DNA of 64,000 nt, from NCBI GenBank assembly GCA_002787035.1, contig PCVP01000014.1, positions 11,542-75,541 of the forward strand, in the 5' to 3' direction. The position numbers and the translations under genes are program-made. Positions within the stretch are counted from its first letter, which is position 1. Every line of letters starts with the position of its first letter. Below, one piece after another: positions 10,371 through 19,181 of the stretch. This DNA is from Candidatus Peregrinibacteria bacterium CG11_big_fil_rev_8_21_14_0_20_49_14. GTDB lineage: Bacteria; Patescibacteriota; Gracilibacteria; Peribacterales; Peribacteraceae. A model generated the notes under the pieces. The model had not been told where the DNA came from. It searched no databases and saw only the letters and a program-made list of their open reading frames with translations.

Positions 10371-12494
10371 TCAGATGCACTCCATCGGGTCTATATCTAT
10401 GACCGCATAGGTTACATCCAGCTTGTCGAGTACACTCTGCGGGTTTGCTCCTCGTAAAAGAACGTGCCAAATTCTGCCTCCACCAAACAACGTGGGAGCA
10501 CAGCTTACAGAAACGTTTGCTTTCATAGATTCACTGATTTTTTTTGCAGACTCCGCAATATCTCTCGCATGACTGATTGCATTCATATCTCTACAGATGA
10601 GCCTGATCATATGCGTACTTGGTGGGTAGCCGGCGTACTGTCGCAATTTTAATTCGTTATCCAAATATTCTTCGGTACGGTGCTCTGCTGCCAGCAGCAC
10701 TTCGGGTGCTTGCGGGCGAAATGTCTGAATAATCACTTCTCCGTCTTTTGCCCTGCCACTTCTGCCCGTGAGCTGAACAAGAAGTTGGAATATCCTTTCA
10801 CCCGCGCGAAAATGAGGAAGAGAGAGACCCACGTCTGCCAGAAGAACAGCCGCCAACGTGACATTCGGCAAGTCCAGACCTTTCGCAACCGATTGCGTTC
10901 CAAGGAGTATGTCCGCCTGATTCTCTCTCATTTTTTTGAGCAGTAATCGCATTTCTTCGGGATGCATGAGTGTGTCTTTATCTGCTCGCAAAACTCTGGC
11001 CGAAGGAAAACGAGCTGCCAGAATATCTTCTATCCGTTGCGTGCCTGCACCCACTTCTCGCAGATTTGCGGAGCCGCACTGCGGACAGGTTTCTGGTGCA
11101 TCTACCACAAGGTTTGTCGTATGGTCTACAAGGCGAGTCTTGCCTCCCGAAGTTCTGTGCACGGTAAAAGGGAGTTTCGAGTCGGGCGAGACAACTCGTC
11201 TCCTGCAATCCATACACAGAAGTGCACTTGCCACTCCTCTTCTGTTTAAAAAAAGTACGGATTGTTCACCGCGATTGAGCCGTTCTTCTATTGCCATTAT
11301 GAGCGGCAGGGAAAAAGGATATGAGTTGCCGAATTCTACGGTTGCAAGGTCTATGACTTTTACATCCGGGAGTTTTTGTTCCAAATACCGCTCGGGCAGT
11401 CTGGCGAGGTGATATGCGCCTGTCTTCGCTTTGGACCATGCTTCCAAAGACGGTGTTGCCGTTCCCATCACAAGTTTTGCGGACGCAAAACCTGCGAGTA
11501 CTTCCGCCGTTTCTCTCGCATGGTACCTCGGAGTTTGCTCGTTTTTGTACGTCCATTCGTGTTCTTCATCTATGATAATAAGTCCTAAATTCGGCAGCGG
11601 AGAGAACAACGCAGAACGAGATCCTATGACCAAATCTATTACTCCTTCACTTATGGCACGCCTTGCTTCTCTTCGTTGGGAAGGAGTCAGTCTGCTGTGC
11701 AGGACCGCAATTCGCTCCGTATTCAACAGATCCTGAAATCTGTGAATGGAGTGTTCCGTCAATAAAATTTCAGGAACGAGAAGTATCGCCGATTGTTGCT
11801 TCTCTACAACATCTGCAATGAGTGACGCATAAATTTCCGTTTTTCCGCTTCCGGTTACTCCGAACAGAAGAGAGGGTCTTTTCTCATGTTGAATGTCATC
11901 GCATACTTCCTGCTGAACCCCCGTGAGCGTCGGTCTGTGTACTGTTGCAGCCGGGAACACTGTCTCATTTGCTTCGGGCGTAAACTCTTCCACAATGCCT
12001 TTCGCTTTGAGAGAAAGAAGTGTCGCATTGGTGCACTGAGATGTTTTCTTCAGTTCTTCGGCTTCCACCCAATCTTTTCCTGCCAAGCACTCCAACACAG
12101 CTAGTTGCCTGGCTCCTCGTACGGATGCGGTTTTGCTCGCAATCGCTCTGTATGCACGTATTTCTTTCGGCAGGAATTCTTTCCAGCTTGTCCCGGGCAA
12201 AAATACCCGCATAGCCTGCCGCATACTGCAGCGATAGTACCGGGACATCCATCGCAAGGTATGCACCTGATACGCAGGAAGCAGCGGTTTTTCGCTAAGT
12301 GTTTTTACGATACTTTTTACATCAAAATCTTTCTCCGTGTCTTCGATTTTACCCAGGACTATTCCTTCCGTTATGGAATTTCGCAGTGGTACCAAAACGG
12401 GAGAGCCAATGGGGATATCGCGATCCGTAGAGCCGTACGTCAGTCCACCGCCTATTCCTGCGGATTTCGACGCTGTGAGGACCGTATACTCCAT
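10371..12494 (-). CDS. priA: primosomal protein N'
   Basis: GVTGSGKTE, DEEHE, RYHARE, FLNRRG, Zn-finger region with fewer Cys than usual, GTQSVAKGLD. Confidence 0.96.
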   Translation of the reverse strand: MEYTVLTASKSAGIGGGLTYGSTDRDIPIGSPVLVPLRNSITEGIVLGKIEDTEKDFDVKSIVKTLSEKPLLPAYQVHTLRWMSRYYRCSMRQAMRVFLPGTSWKEFLPKEIRAYRAIASKTASVRGARQLAVLECLAGKDWVEAEELKKTSQCTNATLLSLKAKGIVEEFTPEANETVFPAATVHRPTLTGVQQEVCDDIQHEKRPSLLFGVTGSGKTEIYASLIADVVEKQQSAILLVPEILLTEHSIHRFQDLLNTERIAVLHSRLTPSQRREARRAISEGVIDLVIGSRSALFSPLPNLGLIIIDEEHEWTYKNEQTPRYHARETAEVLAGFASAKLVMGTATPSLEAWSKAKTGAYHLARLPERYLEQKLPDVKVIDLATVEFGNSYPFSLPLIMAIEERLNRGEQSVLFLNRRGVASALLCMDCRRRVVSPDSKLPFTVHRTSGGKTRLVDHTTNLVVDAPETCPQCGSANLREVGAGTQRIEDILAARFPSARVLRADKDTLMHPEEMRLLLKKMRENQADILLGTQSVAKGLDLPNVTLAAVLLADVGLSLPHFRAGERIFQLLVQLTGRSGRAKDGEVIIQTFRPQAPEVLLAAEHRTEEYLDNELKLRQYAGYPPSTHMIRLICRDMNAISHARDIAESAKKISESMKANVSVSCAPTLFGGGRIWHVLLRGANPQSVLDKLDVTYAVIDIDPMECI

Positions 12495-12573
12495 AGAACT
12501 CCATCATGCGGTATTCCAAGAAGAAGAGCCAGATACACTAGCCAGAAATTCAGACTCGTGTATTATCGGGTGC

Positions 12574-12594
12574 GTCGGGGTGTAGCTCAGTTGG
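12574..12594 (+). repeat. duplicate of the tRNA-Pro 5' end (GTCGGGGTGTAGCTCAGTTGG)
   Basis: Identical to 12672..12692, offset 98 bp. Confidence 0.9.
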
Positions 12595-12673
12595 GTCGAG
12601 CGAGAGCGAGCAATATTAAAAAAGTGCGTTGCACTCTAGCCAACGGCGTTTTTTTTACATACTATCTCGCAGT

Positions 12674-12750
12674 CGGGGTGTAGCTCAGTTGGCTAGAGTG
12701 CGCGGTTTGGGACCGTGAGGTCGGAGGTTCGAGTCCTCTCACCCCGACCA
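12674..12750 (+). tRNA. tRNA-Pro(UGG)
   Basis: CGGGGTG acceptor stem, anticodon arm CGCGG-TTTGGGA-CCGTG, GGTTCGAGTCC, encoded CCA. Confidence 0.97.
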
Positions 12751-12786
12751 TACAAGAAAAGAGCTGTTGTCTGCTATAATAGGGGC

Positions 12787-12996
12787 ATGATTCTTCGTTT
12801 TGCCGCAAAGCTGTTTGGAGGAGTATTGCTGTTTTTACTCGGCCTCACTCTTGTTTTTTTGGCCTGCAGCACAGACGGATGCAACGGTGTTTCTTCCATC
12901 TATAAGTATCTCCTGCATTCTATGATTGCAACAGAGGAGCAGGGGAGTGGCACGACGATTCCCCTGGAAACTGAGAAGGACGGTACTGTAAAGTGA
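12787..12996 (+). CDS. small membrane/lipoprotein-like hypothetical protein
   Basis: Hydrophobic N-terminus ending LACS. TATAAT lies 6 nt before the ATG. Confidence 0.6.
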   Translation: MILRFAAKLFGGVLLFLLGLTLVFLACSTDGCNGVSSIYKYLLHSMIATEEQGSGTTIPLETEKDGTVK

Positions 12997-13003
12997 GCGA
13001 TCT

Positions 13004-13264
13004 ATGAACGAGTACTGGTTTAAGCCAAAGCGGTACGGATACGGGTTTTACCCGACTTCATGGCAGGGGTGGGTAGCAACGTTTATTTTGCTCATCTTAG
13101 TATTGTTGGCCGGTGCGGTGGATGGCGTGTTTGAGGAAGGGGCGACTCTCAAGCAGGTGGCAAGGTTCATGCTCGATACGTTTTTCATCACATCCATTGC
13201 AACCATTATTTTTGAGCGAAAATTAAAAGAGCGCCTCGGCTGGCGTTGGGGGTATAAGCAATAG
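13004..13264 (+). CDS. small two-TM membrane protein (WFKPKRYGYGFYP...WQGW)
   Basis: Aromatic N-terminal motif, two TM helices, WRWG tail. Confidence 0.75.
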   Translation: MNEYWFKPKRYGYGFYPTSWQGWVATFILLILVLLAGAVDGVFEEGATLKQVARFMLDTFFITSIATIIFERKLKERLGWRWGYKQ

Positions 13265-13269
13265 CTGCG

Positions 13270-15258
13270 TTACTCTTTCGGAAGTACTTTCTGTTCCACC
13301 CATAGCAGCTCGCCATCATTCTTTGTAAGGTAACGTACTTTTGTTTCGTTTTCATTGAACTGTATTTCTCCGATTATTTCGTCATACAACGGGCCTTCGT
13401 GTCCGTTCACCACTGCCAACGCTTTTTTACTGCCAGATTCGGCGTCTAATTTTATAGCCGTATACGCAACGGACACCCCGCTTGGAGCAAACACGGGAGA
13501 AGATACTGTGCTATAAGCAGCTTGACGTGTTCCATCCACTACCATCGTTTGCATGGAACTTTCTCCATCGATTATCAGCAACGGGTAGGCACTGTGCTTC
13601 GCGTCTTCGCTGAATATCAGATTTGTTTTCCCCGTTAAAGATATGAGTGACTGTACGATATTTTCATACGGGTTGTGGAGAGTTTCTTTTCCGGTTTCCG
13701 TGTCGTATAGGACAACTCTCGCTCTGGATCCTCCGGCCTGTCGCAGTAGCGCAACGGTTGTGTTATCCGGACCTACCTGTAAAAAGAATCCCGGAATAGG
13801 CTTGGAAATACCCTGCGTATTTCCGATAGTAAATCTTCCGGATGGATCTGCGTATCCGTACGTATTGCTTTGGAAGCGAAACAGTAGAACAGAACCAACA
13901 GCACTTGGAATAGGTGTGATTTCTGATTGTAAGCCCCCTCTCACCAACTGCCAATTTGAGCCTTTTCTTGCCGCGTACACATACTCTGTTCCGTCCTCGC
14001 TAAATTGCAGTGCTTTGCTTTCTTCGTATGCGCTTCCCTCGACGCCGTTGATGACAGCAAACCACTGGCTTGCTCTCCGTCCCAAAAATCCGATGTTCTT
14101 TCCGTTGCCGCTGAATGTCAGCTCGCGTACTTCATCGTATGGCGTACTTTGTGAACCGTCTGTAATTACATAGTACGTATATTTTCTGTTTCCCGGAGTT
14201 CTGCCGGCCATGTTTCTGAAAATTTCTATGCACTCGGCAGTATTGCACCCTCCGGGTGTCGTAACTTCTATGGTGGTATCGGAAGCTTGTCCCACAACGT
14301 ATGAAACCCTTTCTCCGTCCGGAGAAATGACAGGTTTTTGAATGACGTCATATTGTTTTCCTTCTTCACCATCGATGACTACGAGTGGTTTTTTACTCTT
14401 CCAAGCCGTAAATACCAATTTGCCGGACTTCGTAAACTGCAAAGCATCTTCCGTGACATTACGTAAGTAGTTTTGAGGGATCTTTTCTTCGAGCGTTCTT
14501 GTTCCCTCCAGAGGTGAACCCCTGAGTAATACTGACGGTCCGAAGTCCTTGTATTCCGCCATCTCCACTCCGTTTAAAACTACTTTCATAATTGCCCCGT
14601 CTTTTGCCAAATATGCCATATCTCCTTGTTGGCTTAAGACAGGTACTCCCACTTGGTCATAGAGTTTTCCCGCGATTTCATTTGCCACAATAAATTCTCC
14701 GTACCGCTTCGCAGTTTGCTTCGCAGCAATAATGACGGAAGAACCCTGTATTTTTGTGGAAACGGATTCTATCACTTTGTCCTTGTTTGAGAGCCCCTGT
14801 ATTACTCTTGTTATGGTCATGAGAGTGCTTTCTTCCTGTGGCATTGCCGCACTTTTCATCTTGATTCCGGAAAGATCTTCGGCTCCGTCTTGCACTTCCT
14901 GAATAATATCTCCGATAGACATGGACGTATCTGTTTTCGGAGATTCCGTATCGCTGTTCAGTGCTATTTCAGAAAACTGTTGTGACTGCGGTTCGTCAGG
15001 AAGTATGAGGTGCTCTCTTTGCACTTTTTGCAGCAGTGTCCTCACGGGAGTGAGAAATGTGGAAATCTTCCCGCTGTCGCCACCCACTGCAAACTGCGTC
15101 TCGGTGTTTATCCAACTGGCCAATACCAGATTCAGTCCTGCCAATCCCGCAACACAACCAAGTACAATGCCCCATTTGGACCAATTCTTTTTCGGAGCTT
15201 CCATCAGTTCACTTGGAAGTTCTTGCCTTGAATCTTCTTTTTGTTGTGCGAGTAACAT
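13270..15258 (-). CDS. membrane-anchored beta-propeller (TolB/PD40-like repeat) protein
   Basis: N-terminal TM. Repeated F/I-S-P-D-G...Y and V-x-D/N-G-x-E-G-x-x-Y units. Confidence 0.75.
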   Translation of the reverse strand: MLLAQQKEDSRQELPSELMEAPKKNWSKWGIVLGCVAGLAGLNLVLASWINTETQFAVGGDSGKISTFLTPVRTLLQKVQREHLILPDEPQSQQFSEIALNSDTESPKTDTSMSIGDIIQEVQDGAEDLSGIKMKSAAMPQEESTLMTITRVIQGLSNKDKVIESVSTKIQGSSVIIAAKQTAKRYGEFIVANEIAGKLYDQVGVPVLSQQGDMAYLAKDGAIMKVVLNGVEMAEYKDFGPSVLLRGSPLEGTRTLEEKIPQNYLRNVTEDALQFTKSGKLVFTAWKSKKPLVVIDGEEGKQYDVIQKPVISPDGERVSYVVGQASDTTIEVTTPGGCNTAECIEIFRNMAGRTPGNRKYTYYVITDGSQSTPYDEVRELTFSGNGKNIGFLGRRASQWFAVINGVEGSAYEESKALQFSEDGTEYVYAARKGSNWQLVRGGLQSEITPIPSAVGSVLLFRFQSNTYGYADPSGRFTIGNTQGISKPIPGFFLQVGPDNTTVALLRQAGGSRARVVLYDTETGKETLHNPYENIVQSLISLTGKTNLIFSEDAKHSAYPLLIIDGESSMQTMVVDGTRQAAYSTVSSPVFAPSGVSVAYTAIKLDAESGSKKALAVVNGHEGPLYDEIIGEIQFNENETKVRYLTKNDGELLWVEQKVLPKE

Positions 15259-15331
15259 TTATTTAATTATAACATATTATCGATATATAGGCAATATTTT
15301 GATTTATCAGACATTTCTGTACTATTTTCGC

Positions 15332-15886
15332 ATGAATACCGTACGGAAGTTTGTGAGTTTCTGCGGATATACTCTGTTGTTATCCGCATGTCAAAATACA
15401 AGGCAAAATGGAGATCTGTGGACACTTGAACGCTGTATTCAGGAAAATGGTTTGTACATAGAATCTCCTGAGCCGAAATGTAAAATTCAAGAACTCGAAT
15501 ATCCGATACAAATAGAACCTCAGCCGAAAAACCAACATGAGGAATCTGCCGATGTCGGCAAAAAGACCGATGGTATCATTGCCGCTTTGCACGATCAGCA
15601 CATTTCTTTTGAACCTTTGGTGGAAATAGAAGATCCTCTGCTGGGAGATGCCGGAATATCTGTTGGCATACAGAACGAAATCGTACTCGTGTTTTCCTAC
15701 CCGTCCGATGCGCTTGCCCTGGAAGAGGTGCAAAGACTGAGGTCGGATGGTACGACTCTGAGCGGACTTCGTATCACATGGGGTGAAAACGTACATTACG
15801 CGCAGCGAGGCAATGAAATAGCTGTCTATGCGGGTCTCAATGACCGTATGTATTCCGTATTGGAAATGGCAGAACAAGAGAGGTAA
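15332..15886 (+). CDS. putative lipoprotein
   Basis: Lipobox LLSAC. TACTAT lies 6 nt before the ATG at 15332. TAATG overlap with recG. Confidence 0.7.
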   Translation: MNTVRKFVSFCGYTLLLSACQNTRQNGDLWTLERCIQENGLYIESPEPKCKIQELEYPIQIEPQPKNQHEESADVGKKTDGIIAALHDQHISFEPLVEIEDPLLGDAGISVGIQNEIVLVFSYPSDALALEEVQRLRSDGTTLSGLRITWGENVHYAQRGNEIAVYAGLNDRMYSVLEMAEQER

Positions 15887-17937
15887 TGCAGTATACTGCG
15901 CAGGTGCAATTATTCACGCCACTTGCAGGGGTACTGAAAACAAAAACGGAGTATATAGATGCTCTGGCCAAGATGAACATTACGACAGTCGAGGACATGC
16001 TTCTGTATGTGCCAAGAACTCATGAAGACCTGAGTGAAATGAACTCACTTCGCACCGCTCCGCTTGAAACGAAAGTCTCTGTTCGTGGAACCGTGGAATC
16101 TCTGAAATTGGTGAGAACGCGTACAGGCAAAAAATTGGTGACGGCACAATTTACCGATTCGGAAGGTTCTGTTGCCGAAGTGATCTGGTTTAACCAAACG
16201 CACATTAAACGGATGCTCAGCGACGGTGAAGAAGTGGTTCTTACCGGTAAAATTGTATTGAAAGGGTCGAAGATTCAGTTGCTCAGTCCGCAAATTGAAA
16301 CTGTTCGAGGTACGGCAAATGATGCGCTGGTGCACGCGGGCAGACTTGTGGCTGTGTATCCGCAGCACGAAATAATTACGAGCAAGTGGCTCAGGGAAAA
16401 AATGGTTCTTCTAAAGCCTGCAATTTCTCTGCTGCCAGAAACACTTCCCGAAGACGTTTTACAAGAAGAAGAGCTCATCTCAAAGTCAGATGCGGTTCGT
16501 GCGTTGCACTTCCCGGAAGATACTTCTCAAGTGGCGGCGGCACGTAAGCGCATACAATTCGAAGAAATGTTCCATGTACAGCGCGTCGCTTTGGAGCAGA
16601 AAAAAGAGTGGCAAGGTGCCAGGCAAGAACGACTGAAAGTTCCCATGGATACGAAGCTCATTCGCGCGTTGTTTCAGTCTTTGCAGTTCACGCCAACAAA
16701 CAGTCAGAAGATAGCCATCTACGAAATTTTGAAAGATATGGAGCAGGACAAGCCGATGTCCCGTTTGCTGGAAGGAGATGTGGGCTCCGGTAAAACACTT
16801 GTGGCAACGGCAGTGATGGCAAATACCATACGCCACGGTGGCCAGTGCGCTCTTATGGTTCCTACAGAAGTGTTGGCAAGGCAGCATGTGCAGAGCATAG
16901 GAAAAACATTGATTTCCTTTTATACGTACTTGAAGTCGCAAGATGTTCCGGTTCCCATGCGTCATCCTACGGTGGCTCTCTTAAGCGGTTCGGTACCCAA
17001 AAAAGAAGCGGACGAAATTCGCATGCGGTTGGCTGCAGGAACGGTGGATCTGGTAATCGGTACACATGCTCTTATTCAGGATTCGGTACAGTTTAAAGAT
17101 TTGAAACTTGTTATCGTGGACGAGCAGCATCGTTTTGGTGTGGTACAAAGGCAGCGTCTTACGGAAAAAGGGAGTCCTCACTTTCTTGCGATGACTGCAA
17201 CTCCCATACCAAGAACGCTGGCACTCACTGCACACGGACATCATGACCTTTCGGTTCTTCTGGAAAAACCCGGAAACAGAAAACCCATTCAAACAAAGGT
17301 TGTTTCACCTTCGGGAAGAAAAACAGTGGAGCTGTTTATAGACCAGCAGATTCAGGAAGGAAGACAGGTGTTTGTTATTTGTCCTCTCATTTCGGAATCT
17401 GCCAATGAAGAATTTGCGGACATGAAAAGTGTTAAACAGGAAACAGAGAGGCTGAAAGAAAGTTTTGCACACCGAAACATTGCCATGTTGCACGGCAAAA
17501 TGTCTGCCGAAGAAAAAGAGAAAACCATGAAAGATTTCAAAGACAAGAAGTCCGATATTCTTGTGTCCACTTCGGTGATTGAAGTGGGAATAGATGTACC
17601 GAATGCTTCTATTATTATCATAGAAGGATCCGAGAGGTTCGGACTGGCACAGTTGCACCAATTCCGCGGGCGTGTGGGAAGAGGAGAGCATAAAAGTCAC
17701 TGCTTTCTGTTCACCACTACGCCCGAACAAGCACACTCTCAAAGACTGAAAGCTATGGAGACGTATCATGACGGATTCCAACTGGCGGAAATAGATCTGC
17801 AAATACGCGGTCCCGGCGAACTGTACGGAACGCGGCAGAGCGGCATACCCGAATTTTCGCTCTCCAGCTTGTTAAATCCCGAATTGGTTGTTCGTGCGCG
17901 CAGAGCAGCAGAGAAGTATCTCAGTACTGTTTCCTAG
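15886..17937 (+). CDS. recG: ATP-dependent DNA helicase RecG
   Basis: GDVGSGKT, DEQHRFG, MTATPIPRTL, QFRGRVGRG, DLQIRGPGE. Confidence 0.98.
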   Translation: MQYTAQVQLFTPLAGVLKTKTEYIDALAKMNITTVEDMLLYVPRTHEDLSEMNSLRTAPLETKVSVRGTVESLKLVRTRTGKKLVTAQFTDSEGSVAEVIWFNQTHIKRMLSDGEEVVLTGKIVLKGSKIQLLSPQIETVRGTANDALVHAGRLVAVYPQHEIITSKWLREKMVLLKPAISLLPETLPEDVLQEEELISKSDAVRALHFPEDTSQVAAARKRIQFEEMFHVQRVALEQKKEWQGARQERLKVPMDTKLIRALFQSLQFTPTNSQKIAIYEILKDMEQDKPMSRLLEGDVGSGKTLVATAVMANTIRHGGQCALMVPTEVLARQHVQSIGKTLISFYTYLKSQDVPVPMRHPTVALLSGSVPKKEADEIRMRLAAGTVDLVIGTHALIQDSVQFKDLKLVIVDEQHRFGVVQRQRLTEKGSPHFLAMTATPIPRTLALTAHGHHDLSVLLEKPGNRKPIQTKVVSPSGRKTVELFIDQQIQEGRQVFVICPLISESANEEFADMKSVKQETERLKESFAHRNIAMLHGKMSAEEKEKTMKDFKDKKSDILVSTSVIEVGIDVPNASIIIIEGSERFGLAQLHQFRGRVGRGEHKSHCFLFTTTPEQAHSQRLKAMETYHDGFQLAEIDLQIRGPGELYGTRQSGIPEFSLSSLLNPELVVRARRAAEKYLSTVS

Positions 17938-17940
17938 TAC

Positions 17941-17969
17941 TTGACAAGCACTCCAAGACCCCTCAAGAT
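17941..17969 (+). promoter_or_regulatory. sigma70-type promoter of the leader peptide / DUF62-like gene
   Basis: Perfect TTGACA (17941-46), N17, weak -10 CAAGAT (17964-69). Predicted start site falls at or next to the leader ATG. Confidence 0.6.
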
Positions 17970-17976
17970 ACGCGCA

Positions 17977-18054
17977 ATGCAAAAGTATCCCTCGTTCGTA
18001 GGCACAATGATGATGCTTATGATGATGCTCTCTGAGCCGGGGTCTGTTGCATAA
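17977..18054 (+). CDS. methionine-rich leader peptide MQKYPSFVGTMMMLMMMLSEPGSVA
   Basis: 25 codons plus TAA, with ATG at codons 11-13 and 15-17. Its 3' end forms the antiterminator arm. Below the ORF-track cutoff. Confidence 0.85.
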   Translation: MQKYPSFVGTMMMLMMMLSEPGSVA

Positions 18055-18103
18055 GCAATTGCGAAATTCCAAGACCCTCGCTCAGAAAGCGGGGATTTTT
18101 TTT
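18031..18103 (+). terminator. attenuator with mutually exclusive antiterminator and intrinsic terminator
   Basis: TCTGAGCCGGGGTCT (18031-45) pairs with AGACCCTCGCTCAGA (18072-86). Alternatively CCTCGCT (18076-82)/AGCGGGG (18088-94) form a stem followed by A and T8 (18096-103). Confidence 0.85.
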
Positions 18104-18125
18104 ATAACTTTCACTTCTCGTTATC

Positions 18126-19115
18126 ATGAAAAGGCCGACATTGAATTATTTTGTATCAGAAACGTATGGTGGTAACTCACCTGATCCTACCAGAGCTACG
18201 GTAGATGCAGATGTTCATCTGGAAACAGATCTTTCTGTTATGGAGGAAGCACTTCGTCACGGAGATTCTCAGGAGATTTCTTTGTTGGGAGGAGGGTTTC
18301 CTACAAAAATTAATTCACGAGGCAGAGAAATAGCTCTTCCTCATCACTTGGCAGGCTTAATGGAGAGCTGGCATGACGAGTATTCAGAAGAATTAAAAAG
18401 GCACGGTATATTTAACGGTCTCTTTATCAATTATGCACCAAGGGACAAACGTTTTGACAACGGCCCTCCTTTTTATGAAGTGGAAACAGACAGCGGACTG
18501 AGAATTGTCACAACTTTTCCTGCAGATATGCTCGCAGGAATAAGGGATCATATTCGTACAATTGCAGAAATTCCAAATAAAAATAACCCTTTGTATGGAG
18601 ATCAGGCTCAGTTTCGCTCTCGAGATGCGCACAGATATCTGCGTAAAGAACATGGATATCCTGTACATGAATTGAAGGATGAACAGGCACAAGACGTACT
18701 CACTAAGCGATACTATGGCAATGGAGTAGACGGATTACGGATTAAATTCGTCGATATCTACGGAAATATCATTGGGGAAGGAGATGATGCCGTAGCCGAA
18801 AAATTGGCCGAAACAGCTAGGAGTGAGAACAAAAGTGTACAACTTTCAATAAATGAGCACACGACGGATGCGGAAGCCGCTCTTTCGTTGAATCAAGGAT
18901 CCGACGGGGCAGTTCTCGTGTATCCGAACGGACGAAACATAGATGTTGCAAGAAAGTGGAGGGAAGGTGAGGATTCGACATTTACTACCGATAATTCAGC
19001 GTATCGAAGATTTGAAAAACCGATCGAATTGGAATCTGGTATTGTTATTACTTTTCCCGATGGTACAAGTTCTGAGGACATACGTTGCAAATTAAAGGTT
19101 GCAGCTGTCATTTGA
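18126..19115 (+). CDS. divergent DUF62 / SAM hydroxide adenosyltransferase (fluorinase/chlorinase superfamily)-like protein
   Basis: Motif order FINYAPR...G-x-x-FY...SG...QFRSRD...FVDIYGNI parallels DUF62 motifs VDP...TFHGRD...IDxFGN. C-terminal region looks beta-rich. Recognised by eye only. Confidence 0.7.
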   Translation: MKRPTLNYFVSETYGGNSPDPTRATVDADVHLETDLSVMEEALRHGDSQEISLLGGGFPTKINSRGREIALPHHLAGLMESWHDEYSEELKRHGIFNGLFINYAPRDKRFDNGPPFYEVETDSGLRIVTTFPADMLAGIRDHIRTIAEIPNKNNPLYGDQAQFRSRDAHRYLRKEHGYPVHELKDEQAQDVLTKRYYGNGVDGLRIKFVDIYGNIIGEGDDAVAEKLAETARSENKSVQLSINEHTTDAEAALSLNQGSDGAVLVYPNGRNIDVARKWREGEDSTFTTDNSAYRRFEKPIELESGIVITFPDGTSSEDIRCKLKVAAVI

Positions 19116-19181
19116 TAAAGAATTTGGCTTTATTTGGATCTATTCACTGATACAATACGTTAGAATTTTCTCCCCAAGAGT

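Noticed and set aside
17872-18072. Minus-strand His-rich ORF (HHHKHHH) as a his leader
   Set aside because: It is the reverse complement of the ATG run. Promoter, T-tract and downstream gene are all on the plus strand.
17941-18125. SAM riboswitch or T-box as the explanation for the terminator
   Set aside because: No SAM-I core or T-box UGGNACC motif was seen, and the leader is too short for a T-box. The Met-codon uORF explains the layout better. An Rfam scan should confirm this.
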